The notes beneath the pieces are model-generated. The model had not been told where the DNA came from. It searched no databases and worked only from the letters and a program-made list of their open reading frames with translations. 64,000 nucleotides of DNA from Prevotella sp. (GTDB lineage: Bacteria > Bacteroidota > Bacteroidia > Bacteroidales > Bacteroidaceae), in contig JALEKD010000039.1 of NCBI GenBank assembly GCA_022769285.1, forward strand, positions 25,364 to 89,363, read 5' to 3'. Both the position numbers and the translations under genes were made by a program. Shown in pieces: positions 50,158-61,086 of this stretch; the first letter of the stretch is position 1; the number at the start of each line of letters is the position of its first letter.

Positions 50158-53100
50158 ATGCTACGAACCACCATCCTTACGATTATCAGTGCCGTGCTAC
50201 TGAGTAGCACCGCCATGGCCGCACCCGTAGACCCACAGACAGCACGCGCGGCGGCCAGCCGTTTTGTAGCCCTGCGGGGCAAAACGCTAAGCAACCCATC
50301 GGCCCCGGCCAAGGCCCCAAGCGAGGGGACGGCTGCGACCCAGACTACACCTTATTATATATATGACGTGGCCGATGGGGGCGGATTTGTCATCATCTCG
50401 GGCGATGACCGCACCCCCACGGTGCTGGGCTATACCGACCGGGGCAGCTACGCCACCACCGATATGGAGCACGGGTTGGGTGCCCTGTTGGCCGTGTACG
50501 CCAGCCAGATACAGGCCATGGCCCAGACGGGCGCGGGGAAGGCTCCGGCAGCAGCCGAGACAACCATCGCACAACAGGCACGCCACTATGTGGCCCCGCT
50601 GATAAGCACCCAGTGGAACCAGCGGGCACCCTACAACAACCTGTGCCCCATATACAATAACAGCAACGGGGCGTCGAGCGGACAACGGGGACTGACGGGC
50701 TGCGTGGCCACTACCCTGGCCCAGATAATGGCTTACTACCGCTATCCGGCCAAGACCACGGCAGCCATACCGGCCTACTCATTTATGAGCGGGGGCAAGG
50801 ACATACGCGTAGACGGCGTGGCGGCCGGCACGGCCATAGACTGGAGCCACATGACCGACACCTACACCAGTGCCAGCACAGCCGAGGAGCAGCAGGCGGT
50901 GGCTCAACTGATGCTGCTAGTGGGCACGGGGGTACAGATGAACTACGGCAGCCAGTCGGCAGCCAACCTGACGTTAGGCAAACCACTCCTACGCGACCAC
51001 CTGGGCTACGATGAGCGCATAGACTACGTGTACCGTCGCGGCTACAGCCAGCGCCAGTGGACCGACCTACTCTACGGCGAACTGGCCCAGGGTCGCCCGG
51101 TGGCCTACCGTGCCAACTCGCCCTCGGGGGGCCATGCCTTCGTCATAGACGGCTACGACAGCGACGACCTCTTCCATGTTAACTGGGGCTGGGGCGGCAA
51201 GAGCGACGGTTTCTTCCGCATAGGCTCGCTCTATTCGGCCGAACCGGGAGCGGAGAGCACGAACTTTGGCTCTGGCTATGCCTACGAGCAGGAGGCCCTG
51301 ATAGGCATTATGCCCAACGACGGGGTAGACAGCGGCACCGACGTGGCCGCGCGACCCACGGCACGCAACATCAAGGTGAGTGGCAACACGGTGAGCATAA
51401 CCTTTACCAACTTCTCGGGTGCAACCATCATCCAGCAGGGTGGCATAGCCATAGCCCAGGCCGACGGAACGTTCAGCATGCTGGGCAGCACGGCTCTGTG
51501 GCTGAGCACGAACTACGAGAAGACGGCCACGTTTACCATCAAGGACCTGACCGACGGCACCTACCACCTGGTACCGGTGTACAGTCAGATAGGGGCCAAC
51601 ACGTGGAAGTCCTGTGGCGAGGTGGCCACGGAGTATGTACTGGCGGTGGTAAAGGGGGGCAAGGTTACACTCAGCTTAGGCCCCGCGGACCAGTCGGCCG
51701 TAACCGTCAAGTCGTGGGCCATGACGGGCAACCTGGTCAAGAACATAAAACAGCTGTTCAAGGTAACGCTGGCCAACACGGGCAGGGAGTATTACGGCAA
51801 GCTGTACTGCCTGGCCAGCCCATCGACCACCAAGGGGTCGGCCGCCAGCACGGCCCAGGTGGCCCTGCCCACGGGCCGCGAGGTACAGACATCGTTCAGC
51901 TTTACGCCCACCACGGCGGGCACCTACCATGTATGGATAGCCAAGGACGAAGCGGGCAACCAGCCCGTGGGGCACACCACGGTAACCATAACCGATACCG
52001 ACCAGAAGCAGATCAACCTCTCGGTAGGTTACGTGGCTTACGACAACATAGTAAACAATGTGGTGTATGGCACCGCGCGTACGGGCACACTCATACTGAA
52101 CAACAAGGCAACGGCCGACTTTGACGGCCGACTGGTAGTAAAGCTATACCGGGGCGTCACGGGCAGCACCAGCATGACCGTAGTAGACAAGCAGCTGGTA
52201 TCGGTACGGGTGGCTGCCGGGGAGCAAGCCCGGGTGCGCTTCGGGTTTGCCAATACGCCCGTGGGCTACCGCTACGGACTGCGCCTGTTCTACGAGGGTG
52301 AGCAGGCAGTGGTAGACAACAACGCAAATGTCATCTACTCGCGCGCACAGCGTTCCGGCATCATCTTCTACGATGAAACGGGAGCCACCACAGCCACCCC
52401 GCCATCGGCCATGGTAGACGCGGGCGATGCGGCAGCCATAGACATGCGCGGGATGAGCGGCATCAGCACCATCAAGCCGTCGACTAATCCCAACGCGCTC
52501 TACATCCTGGATGCCGGGGTCACGGTACCAGAGGCCATAGCCTCGCTGAACGTGGTGCAAGGTGGCTATGCTAACAGCATCGTGCTCCATGACGGACACG
52601 CTATGGCCCTGCCGTGCGACGTAGAGGTGGGCAACATCAGCTACACACGCTCCATGGCGGCCAACACGCAGGGTGCGCTCAACTGGCAGACCCTGGCGCT
52701 GCCCTTTGCCCCCTCGGCCATCACCACGGCCACGGGGGCGGTACAGATAGACCAGCAGCGGCTGTACGTAAGCGAGTTTGGCGGCACGGGGGCCGACGGT
52801 ATGCCCGTATTCGTAGCGGCCGACAAAATAGGGGCCGACCGACCCTACGTCATCAAGGCCGAGGGCGACCTGAAGGGAGCCACGCTGACCTTCAAGGCTA
52901 CCCATGTAACGCTGAAAGCCCAGCGGGGTCAGCGGGCCATGACCGATGCCTACGACATGGTGGGCTCTACGCTACACCAGAACCTGACGGACAGCTACGT
53001 GCTCAACGGCAGCGGCAACGCGATGGTCTACCAGGCCGAGGGGGCCGAAGTGGAGCCCTTCAGGGCCTACATGATGCCCAAGGAGGAGGCTGCCCAGCGC

Positions 53101-53295
53101 CCAGCCAGCATAGTCATCGAGGCCATGGCCACAGGCATAGACACCGCCACATGGAGCCAGGACGAGGACGGGGTACCGGTGTACACCATAGGTGGCCAGC
53201 TAATAGGTACTACACAGATACGCAACCGCCACCCGCAGTTGCAGCAGTACGGCCACGGCACCTATATTATAAAAGGTATCAAGGTGACCCACTAA
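50158..53295 (+). CDS. C10 family cysteine peptidase (interpain-like) with Spi prodomain, Ig-like repeats and T9SS C-terminal signal
   Basis: GFVIISGDDR, QWNQ, TGCVAT, GHAFVIDGY and VNWGW; ends TGID...YTIGGQ...GTYIIKG. Confidence 0.92.
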   Translation: MLRTTILTIISAVLLSSTAMAAPVDPQTARAAASRFVALRGKTLSNPSAPAKAPSEGTAATQTTPYYIYDVADGGGFVIISGDDRTPTVLGYTDRGSYATTDMEHGLGALLAVYASQIQAMAQTGAGKAPAAAETTIAQQARHYVAPLISTQWNQRAPYNNLCPIYNNSNGASSGQRGLTGCVATTLAQIMAYYRYPAKTTAAIPAYSFMSGGKDIRVDGVAAGTAIDWSHMTDTYTSASTAEEQQAVAQLMLLVGTGVQMNYGSQSAANLTLGKPLLRDHLGYDERIDYVYRRGYSQRQWTDLLYGELAQGRPVAYRANSPSGGHAFVIDGYDSDDLFHVNWGWGGKSDGFFRIGSLYSAEPGAESTNFGSGYAYEQEALIGIMPNDGVDSGTDVAARPTARNIKVSGNTVSITFTNFSGATIIQQGGIAIAQADGTFSMLGSTALWLSTNYEKTATFTIKDLTDGTYHLVPVYSQIGANTWKSCGEVATEYVLAVVKGGKVTLSLGPADQSAVTVKSWAMTGNLVKNIKQLFKVTLANTGREYYGKLYCLASPSTTKGSAASTAQVALPTGREVQTSFSFTPTTAGTYHVWIAKDEAGNQPVGHTTVTITDTDQKQINLSVGYVAYDNIVNNVVYGTARTGTLILNNKATADFDGRLVVKLYRGVTGSTSMTVVDKQLVSVRVAAGEQARVRFGFANTPVGYRYGLRLFYEGEQAVVDNNANVIYSRAQRSGIIFYDETGATTATPPSAMVDAGDAAAIDMRGMSGISTIKPSTNPNALYILDAGVTVPEAIASLNVVQGGYANSIVLHDGHAMALPCDVEVGNISYTRSMAANTQGALNWQTLALPFAPSAITTATGAVQIDQQRLYVSEFGGTGADGMPVFVAADKIGADRPYVIKAEGDLKGATLTFKATHVTLKAQRGQRAMTDAYDMVGSTLHQNLTDSYVLNGSGNAMVYQAEGAEVEPFRAYMMPKEEAAQRPASIVIEAMATGIDTATWSQDEDGVPVYTIGGQLIGTTQIRNRHPQLQQYGHGTYIIKGIKVTH

Positions 53296-53346
53296 ACAGA
53301 CTGCCGTACCCATGTCCATGAACGCGGGTACGGCCGGAGTACAAAG

Positions 53347-53389
53347 ACAGGCGAGGGATGCCAGCTCCATGCCAGCATCCCTCGCCTGT
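53347..53389. terminator. hairpin between convergent genes
   Basis: ACAGGCGAGGGATGC...GCATCCCTCGCCTGT. Confidence 0.7.
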
Positions 53390-53410
53390 TTATATATAAA
53401 GGTAACGAGA

Positions 53411-54529
53411 CTACTTGCCCTTGCGTATAGCCACCGACACGCGAGAGTCGGCACAGCCGTAGTACAGATACCAGGAACCATGGAAAGGCACCAGGCCCTC
53501 GATGAAGACAGTACCGGCAGGATACTGACCACTCTTCTCGAAGTCGAGTTCGGGTTTAAAGAACGGTTCATCAAGGCGGTCCAGCAGTTGGTTAGGGTTC
53601 TTGCTGCTGAAGAGTGCCTGGCCGGCGCAGTAGGCGTTAGCCGTGTACTTGGGGTCGCCGCTGCTCTTGCTGTTCTTGCCATTGTAGAAGAGCAGGATGC
53701 CCTTCTTGGTGAGCAGGGCAGGAGGGCCGCACTCGGTGAGCATGCTGTCAAAGTAGCCACGGCGCGGGGACATGGCCTTGAGGATGTTGCCCTTATCATC
53801 GAGCGTGGGAGTCCAGTGGATGAGGTCGTCAGAGGTGGCCACATTGACAAAGTACTCGCCCCAGAACATTACGTACTTGCCGTTGAGCTTAGTAATGACC
53901 TGGCGACCATTCTTCATCTTGGTAAGGATAGAGGCCGACTTGGTGTACTTAGTGCCAGGATAGCGCTTGTTGCTGCCAAAGACGGGGCCATGCTTAGTCC
54001 AGTGCAGCAGGTCGCGAGAGGTGGCCACGGCGAGCTGGGCGTACTTGTGGTTCCACTGAGTATAGAACATGACGTACACTCCGTCCTCGGTAACGGCCAC
54101 ACGGGGATCCTCGCAACCACCAGGGTGCTCGTTGGCAGCCTGGCTGTCGTTGTCGGGATAGAACACAGGCTGCGGGCGGCGGTTGAAGTGGATGCCGTCG
54201 GCCGAGGCAGCATAGCCCAGGCGCGAGGTACGGCTGCCGATGCCCTGATGGGTGTTGTCCTCGGCACGGTAAAGCACGATGATGCTGTCGCCCTTGATGG
54301 TGGCAGCAGGGTTAAAGGTCTCGCTCTCCTCCCAGCCAATGGGACGGCCCTGCATAGGGCAGTTGAACACGGATGAGGGACGGGGCGAGATGACGGGGTT
54401 GACTCCCGCAGGCCGCTCAAAGTTGAGCCAGGCCCACTTCTTCTGGCTGTTGGGCGTGTGCTGAGCCCAGCCCAGCACGGGCACGGCGGCCAGCGCCGCG
54501 CCCAGTAGAATAGCTGATAATTTTCGCAT
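53411..54529 (-). CDS. glycoside hydrolase family 130, secreted, probably hydrolytic beta-mannosidase type
   Basis: FNPAA, LYRAED, GCEDPRV, TECGPP, FIEGL and YYGCAD; signal peptide. Confidence 0.85.
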   Translation of the reverse strand: MRKLSAILLGAALAAVPVLGWAQHTPNSQKKWAWLNFERPAGVNPVISPRPSSVFNCPMQGRPIGWEESETFNPAATIKGDSIIVLYRAEDNTHQGIGSRTSRLGYAASADGIHFNRRPQPVFYPDNDSQAANEHPGGCEDPRVAVTEDGVYVMFYTQWNHKYAQLAVATSRDLLHWTKHGPVFGSNKRYPGTKYTKSASILTKMKNGRQVITKLNGKYVMFWGEYFVNVATSDDLIHWTPTLDDKGNILKAMSPRRGYFDSMLTECGPPALLTKKGILLFYNGKNSKSSGDPKYTANAYCAGQALFSSKNPNQLLDRLDEPFFKPELDFEKSGQYPAGTVFIEGLVPFHGSWYLYYGCADSRVSVAIRKGK

Positions 54530-54537
54530 AGATATGG

Positions 54538-57471
54538 TTATTTAACTTGTGTAGACTGAGGACCCATGTACGAGCGCTTCATACCGCCAAAGTCGAGAAC
54601 CACCTTCTGGAGAACGGTGCCGGGGTCGCCACAGATGATGCGGAGCTTGTGGTGACCAGGGGTCATTACATTAAGGGTGGTCTTGTTGATGCGGCAGTTG
54701 CGCATGACGCTCTCGTACCACTTCTGGGCATATTCGAACGACGAGGTAGAAGCCTCAAGGATGCGGCTGTTGTCGATGGTAATGCCGTAGTGGGTCTCGA
54801 TGTTGGTGCGCTCATGGCCAGCATAGCCGCGGTCGTTATTGAGCGTAAAGGTGGGCAACACGTAAGTGTAGATGTCAACGGGGCCCTGGGTGAAGCAGTA
54901 GAAATCGTACTCGACATAAGGGGCGCTGCGACGGTTGGTGTACCACTGGGTGGCCACGGGGTCGCCAAGCTGCACGGCCTTGCCTTCGGCGCCGAAGTTG
55001 TCAATGACAGAAATCTTGACGTCCTTAGCTTCCTGCTTGCGATGGAAGCCAACGGCGGGGATGGCTATGTAGCCGTTGGTCTCGACGTATTCGCCCTTGA
55101 GCTCGCTCTTATCAGGAGCGGCGGGATTGAAGAGCGACACGAGGACTGTCTCGCGCTGACCGTTATCGGCCGTCACCGTAACCTGGCCGGCTACGCGGTC
55201 GCCCACAGGAGCCTTGGCCCAGTCTACCGAGACCTGCAGGCGGGTCTCCTCGGTCACGGTTCCGGAGGTCTTAGACAGCTTAATCCAGGGGGCCGAAGCC
55301 TTGGCAGTAAACTTGAACGCCTTGTTGCCGCGATTGAACACCTCTATATAATAAGAGGTGGGCAGGTACTTGCTGAAGGCGGGCAGGACGTGGTAGCTGC
55401 TGGCTCCGCGCAGTACATCCTCGGCCTCGGCCAACAGGGCCATGTCGGCGCCATCGGCCAGGGTGGCCTTGCGCAGCTCCGGACGCTCAAAGTAAGCCGA
55501 GGTGCGTTCCTGGCGCATCGTAATGACGTGGTTCCACTTGCCATTGAGCATGGTATTATAGCGCTTGGTAATGGTTTCCAGGCTGTCGAAGCACTGGGTA
55601 GACAGCTTGGCCCATGTATCGGTGGCTGCCCGTTGCTGCAAGGCATACCAACGGTTGCGCTGGCCGTAGAGGATGGAACGGTTCATCAGCTCGCAACCCT
55701 TAACCTGGTAGTACACATTCTCATAGTAACAGGCGCGCTTATCGGCAGGCAGCTGGGCGAGCAGGCGCTCGGCCTTAGCACCGATACGGGTGTACTCGGC
55801 GATACGGCGCTGGGCCTCGCCATAGTTGGTAAGCGAGAACTCGGTATCAACATTGACCTCGCGACCGTGAGCGTCGTTCGTCCACTGAGAGCCAAAGCCC
55901 ATACACTCGGGTTTACGCTGGAAAGCGAGGTCATAGAAAGAGCGGAAGATATCGGCAATGTCGCCCCGGTACTGACTGCCGAGCATATCGCATGTCCACT
56001 CAGTACGGTAGTTGACAGTACGCTGATAGTCGAACGCGTCAATATCGTAGGCAAGGTTGAGGAAGTAGTCAACAGCAAACTCGCAGAGCTTGATGTCGCC
56101 GGCGTTGAGCAGCCAGATGCGGTCGGCTGTCGAGTCGTAAGCCTTGCGCAGCTCCTCGTACATCAGGGCTGGCGAGGTGGTATTCATCCACAGGTAGTTA
56201 TGCGGCCGGCCCAGGTACGAAGAGTGATAATACACACCCGAGCGACCCGATCGCTTCTGCTCGGTGGGGTTGCTCAGACGCTTGAAGTAGCCGTAGTTGT
56301 CGTCGGGCCAGATGAGGGTAATGTCATCGGGCAACTGAAGTCCGTGGTCGTACACATCGAGCACCTCCTTGTAAGGAGTAAAGGCTTGGGGAACGTCCTT
56401 GGCGGGTTTCTTCAGTACATCGGCCAGTATCTGGCGCTGTCCCTCGACAGCCTTGGCCATCACGTCCTTGCGCTCGCCCAAGTCGTTGCTTCCAGCCATG
56501 GCCACGTCGTGCAGGCCGCGTAACGCTACGGTGTAAACGTTCTCGTAGGGAGCCGTCTCTTTGACTCTGGCGGTCAGCACGCTGTCTATGCCGCGCTTAT
56601 TGGTCACATAATTCCACTCTCCGTACTTCTTGCGGTCCCACTCTGTGGCCGTATTGAGGAACAGAGGCTCGCAATGGGAAGTACCCATGACGATGCCAAA
56701 ACTGTCGGCGACCACTTTATTTTCGGCGACCTTGTAGAAAGCCAACGAGCAGTTGTGCATGGCAGGGCAGAGATAGTTGGCATTGAGGCGAAGCAGCAAC
56801 TCGCACACGGCACCATAGGTGCGGGGGCCAAAGTTGCCACGGTCTTTCTCGAAATTGTGCTTAGCCCACTGGAAGAGGCCCCAGTCCTCGTCGTTAATGA
56901 ATATGCCGCGATACTTGACGCTCGGAGTTTTCGAGGTAAAGGGCTTCACGTTGACAGCCACGCTGGTACGCTTGGCCACAGGGGCATCGGCCCAGAAGTA
57001 CCAGGGATTGACACCGATGGCGCGCGATACCGAGAGCAGTCCGTAGGCGGCTCCACGGCGGTCGCTGCCGGCCACTACCAGGGCCTCGTCTATTCCGGCG
57101 GCCGGCTTCTTGACTATCTGGATGCGGTAGCGCTCCCAGGCACCAGTAAGGCCCGTGGTGTCTATCTTGCCCTTTTGCGCCATGCGCTTAATCCAGACAT
57201 TGGCGAGGGTACCCACGATGACGGCACGCTTGGCCTTGACCTTGCCCTGGCTGATGTCGGCCAGGGCGGGTCGGTGGTTGGTTACACGGTTTACATCGTC
57301 GGCAAACAGCATGGACACGCGCTGCATGAGCGCGGGCTCGTGGCCATCGTAGCATACGGTAACCGTCCCGTTGCTCCCTGCGAGTTGGAACTCGGAGCCC
57401 AAGGTGGCCTGGGCAGAGGCCGAGAGGGCTCCCGTACACAGGGCAAGGAGAGATAATATGGTCTTATTCAT
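54538..57471 (-). CDS. glycoside hydrolase family 115 (alpha-glucuronidase-like)
   Basis: GSDRRGAAYG, YRGIFINDEDW, PAMH, GTSHCEP, WPDDNYGY and GVYYH. Confidence 0.92.
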   Translation of the reverse strand: MNKTILSLLALCTGALSASAQATLGSEFQLAGSNGTVTVCYDGHEPALMQRVSMLFADDVNRVTNHRPALADISQGKVKAKRAVIVGTLANVWIKRMAQKGKIDTTGLTGAWERYRIQIVKKPAAGIDEALVVAGSDRRGAAYGLLSVSRAIGVNPWYFWADAPVAKRTSVAVNVKPFTSKTPSVKYRGIFINDEDWGLFQWAKHNFEKDRGNFGPRTYGAVCELLLRLNANYLCPAMHNCSLAFYKVAENKVVADSFGIVMGTSHCEPLFLNTATEWDRKKYGEWNYVTNKRGIDSVLTARVKETAPYENVYTVALRGLHDVAMAGSNDLGERKDVMAKAVEGQRQILADVLKKPAKDVPQAFTPYKEVLDVYDHGLQLPDDITLIWPDDNYGYFKRLSNPTEQKRSGRSGVYYHSSYLGRPHNYLWMNTTSPALMYEELRKAYDSTADRIWLLNAGDIKLCEFAVDYFLNLAYDIDAFDYQRTVNYRTEWTCDMLGSQYRGDIADIFRSFYDLAFQRKPECMGFGSQWTNDAHGREVNVDTEFSLTNYGEAQRRIAEYTRIGAKAERLLAQLPADKRACYYENVYYQVKGCELMNRSILYGQRNRWYALQQRAATDTWAKLSTQCFDSLETITKRYNTMLNGKWNHVITMRQERTSAYFERPELRKATLADGADMALLAEAEDVLRGASSYHVLPAFSKYLPTSYYIEVFNRGNKAFKFTAKASAPWIKLSKTSGTVTEETRLQVSVDWAKAPVGDRVAGQVTVTADNGQRETVLVSLFNPAAPDKSELKGEYVETNGYIAIPAVGFHRKQEAKDVKISVIDNFGAEGKAVQLGDPVATQWYTNRRSAPYVEYDFYCFTQGPVDIYTYVLPTFTLNNDRGYAGHERTNIETHYGITIDNSRILEASTSSFEYAQKWYESVMRNCRINKTTLNVMTPGHHKLRIICGDPGTVLQKVVLDFGGMKRSYMGPQSTQVK

Positions 57472-57503
57472 ATATAATAATGTAAAGCATAGCCCCGGAT
57501 GGG

Positions 57504-58259
57504 CTACTGATAGTTAATGTCTTCGATTTGGAAATTGCGTTTCAGCTGGAGCAGCTGGCGGTCATCGGCCAGCAGTACGCTGGTGGCCAGCACTTCGCCC
57601 TCAGCACCCCCTTGGGTTCTGACAGACACCTGGCGACGCCCTTCGACCCACTGGCCGGTTATCGGGTTAACGATATGGCGCCTCGTGGGGGTATCATTGC
57701 CCGACGTGGTGAGGCAGCCAGTAAACTTTCCGGGCACGTAGCCCATGGCCAGCACCGAACTGTTGCCCATATTGACAATGGCGTCGGCTATGCCATGAGC
57801 CGCGAGCATCGGCTTAATCTGGTCGAGGGCATAGCCCTTGATAAAGCCACACAGGTCGAGGCTCACGGTAGGCTCGTCAAAGTAAATGGTATCTGCGGTG
57901 AGGTGTACCAGGTCTATGGTATGTGGGGAGTGGCTCCGGGAGGAAACAGTAATGTCAAATAGTCCCAGTGTCAGCGCATTGAAGCGCAGGCACTGGGATA
58001 TCATGCGGTACAAGTGGTCTTCTGGATGAGTAAAGACCATCTGCCCATTGCAGTTGAGTGTTGCTAACTGGGAGGTAGGGGCGAAGCGGTTGCCCGCAGC
58101 CTCTATCTCCCCGATGAGTTGCCTCATATCATGTACAGCAGGCATCAGCAGGGTGCTGTCGGCCGCCTTCAGCAGAACGTCCACACGGGTGTGCATAGCC
58201 ATGAACCACGCATAGATCGCCGTGGTACCGTCGGGCAGTTCGCGGATGATATGAGACAT
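57504..58259 (-). CDS. ApbE-family FAD:protein FMN transferase, short, no signal peptide
   Basis: AMHT, FDIT, LDLCGFIKGYALD, TTSG and HIVNP.TG. Confidence 0.85.
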   Translation of the reverse strand: MSHIIRELPDGTTAIYAWFMAMHTRVDVLLKAADSTLLMPAVHDMRQLIGEIEAAGNRFAPTSQLATLNCNGQMVFTHPEDHLYRMISQCLRFNALTLGLFDITVSSRSHSPHTIDLVHLTADTIYFDEPTVSLDLCGFIKGYALDQIKPMLAAHGIADAIVNMGNSSVLAMGYVPGKFTGCLTTSGNDTPTRRHIVNPITGQWVEGRRQVSVRTQGGAEGEVLATSVLLADDRQLLQLKRNFQIEDINYQ

Positions 58260-58267
58260 TCAGATGA

Positions 58268-59620
58268 TTACTGGAGTTCAAGAATCTTTACATTCTTAAA
58301 CCACACCTCGTTACCATGGTCCTGAAGCAGGATGTTGGCATCGGTGAAGTTACCGAAGTTAGGCCAGTGCTTGTACTTGCTGTAAGCTACGAGGGCGTTC
58401 CACTCCTGGTTGTTGCGCTCATACTCCAACAGCTTGACACCATTGAGCCAGTGCTCAACGTGATTGCCACGCACGACAATCATAGCAGTGTTGAACTGGT
58501 TGATGTCAAACGGCTTGTTGGCTGGAGCAGGGATGAGGTCATAGAGAGAGCCGAGCTTGCGGTTGCCCTTAACACCCAGCTTAGCATCGGGGTGACGCAG
58601 GTCGTCCAGTATCTGGAACTCGCAACCGATAGCAGAACCAGCACCCTTGTTCATAGAGGGGTCAACGAAGTACTTGATACCACTGTTAGCACCCTTGGTA
58701 ATCTTGAAGTCAACCTTAAGGATGAAGTTGCGGTAAGTACGTGTGGTAACGATGTCGCCACCGTTGGTAGACTCACCACCGTTGCCGGCGAGCACTTTCA
58801 GAATACCGTTCTCGACAACCCAGCCCTTGGCGGGGAACTTATCGAGCTTAGCGCCACGCCATCCGTTGGTGGTCTTACCATCGAAGAGGAGTTTCCAGCC
58901 CTCTTTGGCCTCGCGCTCAGAGATAGTGTTGTCCACGAGATTGATCTGCTCTACGCTCTCGTTCTCTGGGGTGGCGTACTTAGCCACGTCTTTGGTCAAT
59001 ATACGTATGTTCTTCCAAGCTATAGTCTTGCCTTCTTCCTTGCCGTCCTTGCCAATGGCGTGAACCTGGAGTGCGATAAAACCGCTGAGGGTAGTGTTGT
59101 CCAGCAGGTCAGCACAAGCGATGCCGTTAACCCAAGTGCGGATAGAGTTGCCGATACACTCAATGCGCGCCTTGTTCCACTCGTTGTTCTTGAAGGCCTT
59201 CTTGGCGGCGGGGTTGTGGTTGAGGTTGTAGAGCCAGCCACGGCGGGCCTCGTCGTAGACACCTCCGGTCCAAGCGCGCTTAGAGGGGTCTATCTCGAAC
59301 TGGTAACCGTGTACACGGCCGTTCTGATAGTTCTTCAGGCTCTCGCTGCGGAACTGTACGCCAGAGTTGATACCGTCGTCAACACGGAAGTCGAACTCGA
59401 GGATGAAGTCGCCATAAGCCTTCTTGGTGCAGAGGAATGAGTTGTTGCTGTTACGGACCGTGTGGCCCACGATGGCACCGTTCTCGACGGTGTATTTAGC
59501 CGAACCGTTGAGCTGTTTCCAACCACTGAGGTTCTTGCCATTAAAGAGTGACTGCCAGTTCTGTGCGTAACCACTGAAGGCGAACATGGCAACACATGCT
59601 GTTAGAATGATTTTCTTCAT
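58268..59620 (-). CDS. tandem DUF1080 (3-keto-disaccharide hydrolase-like) protein, secreted
   Basis: Two repeats of LF(N/D)GK...W...NSG...(Y/C)(Q/E)F(E/Q)I...LQ.H...(W/F)KN; signal peptide. Confidence 0.9.
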   Translation of the reverse strand: MKKIILTACVAMFAFSGYAQNWQSLFNGKNLSGWKQLNGSAKYTVENGAIVGHTVRNSNNSFLCTKKAYGDFILEFDFRVDDGINSGVQFRSESLKNYQNGRVHGYQFEIDPSKRAWTGGVYDEARRGWLYNLNHNPAAKKAFKNNEWNKARIECIGNSIRTWVNGIACADLLDNTTLSGFIALQVHAIGKDGKEEGKTIAWKNIRILTKDVAKYATPENESVEQINLVDNTISEREAKEGWKLLFDGKTTNGWRGAKLDKFPAKGWVVENGILKVLAGNGGESTNGGDIVTTRTYRNFILKVDFKITKGANSGIKYFVDPSMNKGAGSAIGCEFQILDDLRHPDAKLGVKGNRKLGSLYDLIPAPANKPFDINQFNTAMIVVRGNHVEHWLNGVKLLEYERNNQEWNALVAYSKYKHWPNFGNFTDANILLQDHGNEVWFKNVKILELQ

Positions 59621-59642
59621 TGTTACTATTATATTAATGTTG

Positions 59643-61073
59643 TTATTTTACTTTGTAAAAGTCTTCCCAACCACGGCGAGGAGGCATACCAGCCAGGAGG
59701 GCGTTGGCAAACTCGTTATTGGTAAACTGCTTGGTGCGGGGATCGAAGAACAGCTGCGTATTGAGGCGCTGGGCGATAACACCGAGGCAGAATACCTGGC
59801 TCAAGACACCGTTTATCTCGAACGGAGAGCGTGTCTTCTCGGTGCCAAGACAAGCACGGAGGAAGTTAACATAGTGGTTAGACGGACTCTTGGGTACTAC
59901 GGGCAACTTGTCCTTCATCTCGGCGGCCTTTTCTGACGGTATTATCTTCAGCGTACTGCCGTGGCTGCCGCCCTTGAAGATAAGGTCGCGTGAGTAAATC
60001 TCCTTACCCGGGTTGAGCTTAGAGACAGGCGTGTTGCCCTGGTTGGTCGAGGGAACGTTGGCGTTGTACTCAGAACTGCCGTAGCCCTTAGGCAATGGGG
60101 GCAGGTTGTCCAGACCGTCGTACCAGGTAACGTCGCAAGGAGGCATACCGTCGCGGGCGGCGAAACGGAAGAGGATGGTCGACGAGAAGGGGTAGAAGTA
60201 GTCGTTATGACCCTTAGCATACTTCATAGTGACCTCGTAAGGCAGCCCGAGGTTCAGGAACTCGTGCGCGGTGTCCAGCAGGTGAGCACCCCAGTCGCCT
60301 AAGGCTCCCATACCATAGTTGTACCAGCAGCGCCAGTTGCCCTGGTGATATTTCTCAGAGTAGCCCAGATACTCGCAGGGTCCTACCCATGTGTCCCAGT
60401 CGATGCCCTGAGGCATAGGCTCGCCTCCAGGCATCTGGATCATGTCAGCATCGTACTTGTGCCAACGGCGGGGATTGTTCATGTGTGCTGTAATGGCGGT
60501 AACGTCCTTGATAATTCCGGCGTCTTTCCAAGCCTTGAACTGGAAGTAGTTGGCCTCAGAGTGGCCTTGGTTTCCCACCTGCGTAACTACCTCCGGGTGG
60601 CGCTTGGCCATTTCCATCATAAGTTCTCCCTCAAGGAATGTGCGGCACATGGGCTTCTCCAGGTAGATATGCTTACCGTATGAGAGAGCCATCATGGCTA
60701 TGGGGAAGTGCATGTGGTCGGGCACCGATGCGCAGACGGCCTCGAAGTCGCCCGAAGCCTTCTCGAACATCTCACGGAAGTTACGGAAGCGCTTGGCCTT
60801 TGGATACATGTTCATAACCTTCTGCGTGTGACGTGCGCCCATGTCCACGTCGCACAGGCAGGTAACCTCTACCATGCCTGTTTTGGCAAACTCGTCGATA
60901 TTCTGCCCTCCGCGGTTGCCAATGCCTATATAGGCTATCTTAACCTTATCTTTCTTGGCCGAGGCCCACTCTTTGGAGGTAAGGGGAGCGGCCATGGCTC
61001 CATTGAGCCCACTCAGCGCCATGCCTGCGACCGATGCGCCCATGGCTTTCAGGAAATCTCTTCTGCTTGTCAT
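59643..61073 (-). CDS. Gfo/Idh/MocA oxidoreductase with Tat signal
   Basis: SRRDFLK, IGIGNRG, PDHMH, YLEKP and GDWGAH. Confidence 0.92.
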   Translation of the reverse strand: MTSRRDFLKAMGASVAGMALSGLNGAMAAPLTSKEWASAKKDKVKIAYIGIGNRGGQNIDEFAKTGMVEVTCLCDVDMGARHTQKVMNMYPKAKRFRNFREMFEKASGDFEAVCASVPDHMHFPIAMMALSYGKHIYLEKPMCRTFLEGELMMEMAKRHPEVVTQVGNQGHSEANYFQFKAWKDAGIIKDVTAITAHMNNPRRWHKYDADMIQMPGGEPMPQGIDWDTWVGPCEYLGYSEKYHQGNWRCWYNYGMGALGDWGAHLLDTAHEFLNLGLPYEVTMKYAKGHNDYFYPFSSTILFRFAARDGMPPCDVTWYDGLDNLPPLPKGYGSSEYNANVPSTNQGNTPVSKLNPGKEIYSRDLIFKGGSHGSTLKIIPSEKAAEMKDKLPVVPKSPSNHYVNFLRACLGTEKTRSPFEINGVLSQVFCLGVIAQRLNTQLFFDPRTKQFTNNEFANALLAGMPPRRGWEDFYKVK

Positions 61074-61086
61074 TGTCTTTTAGATT

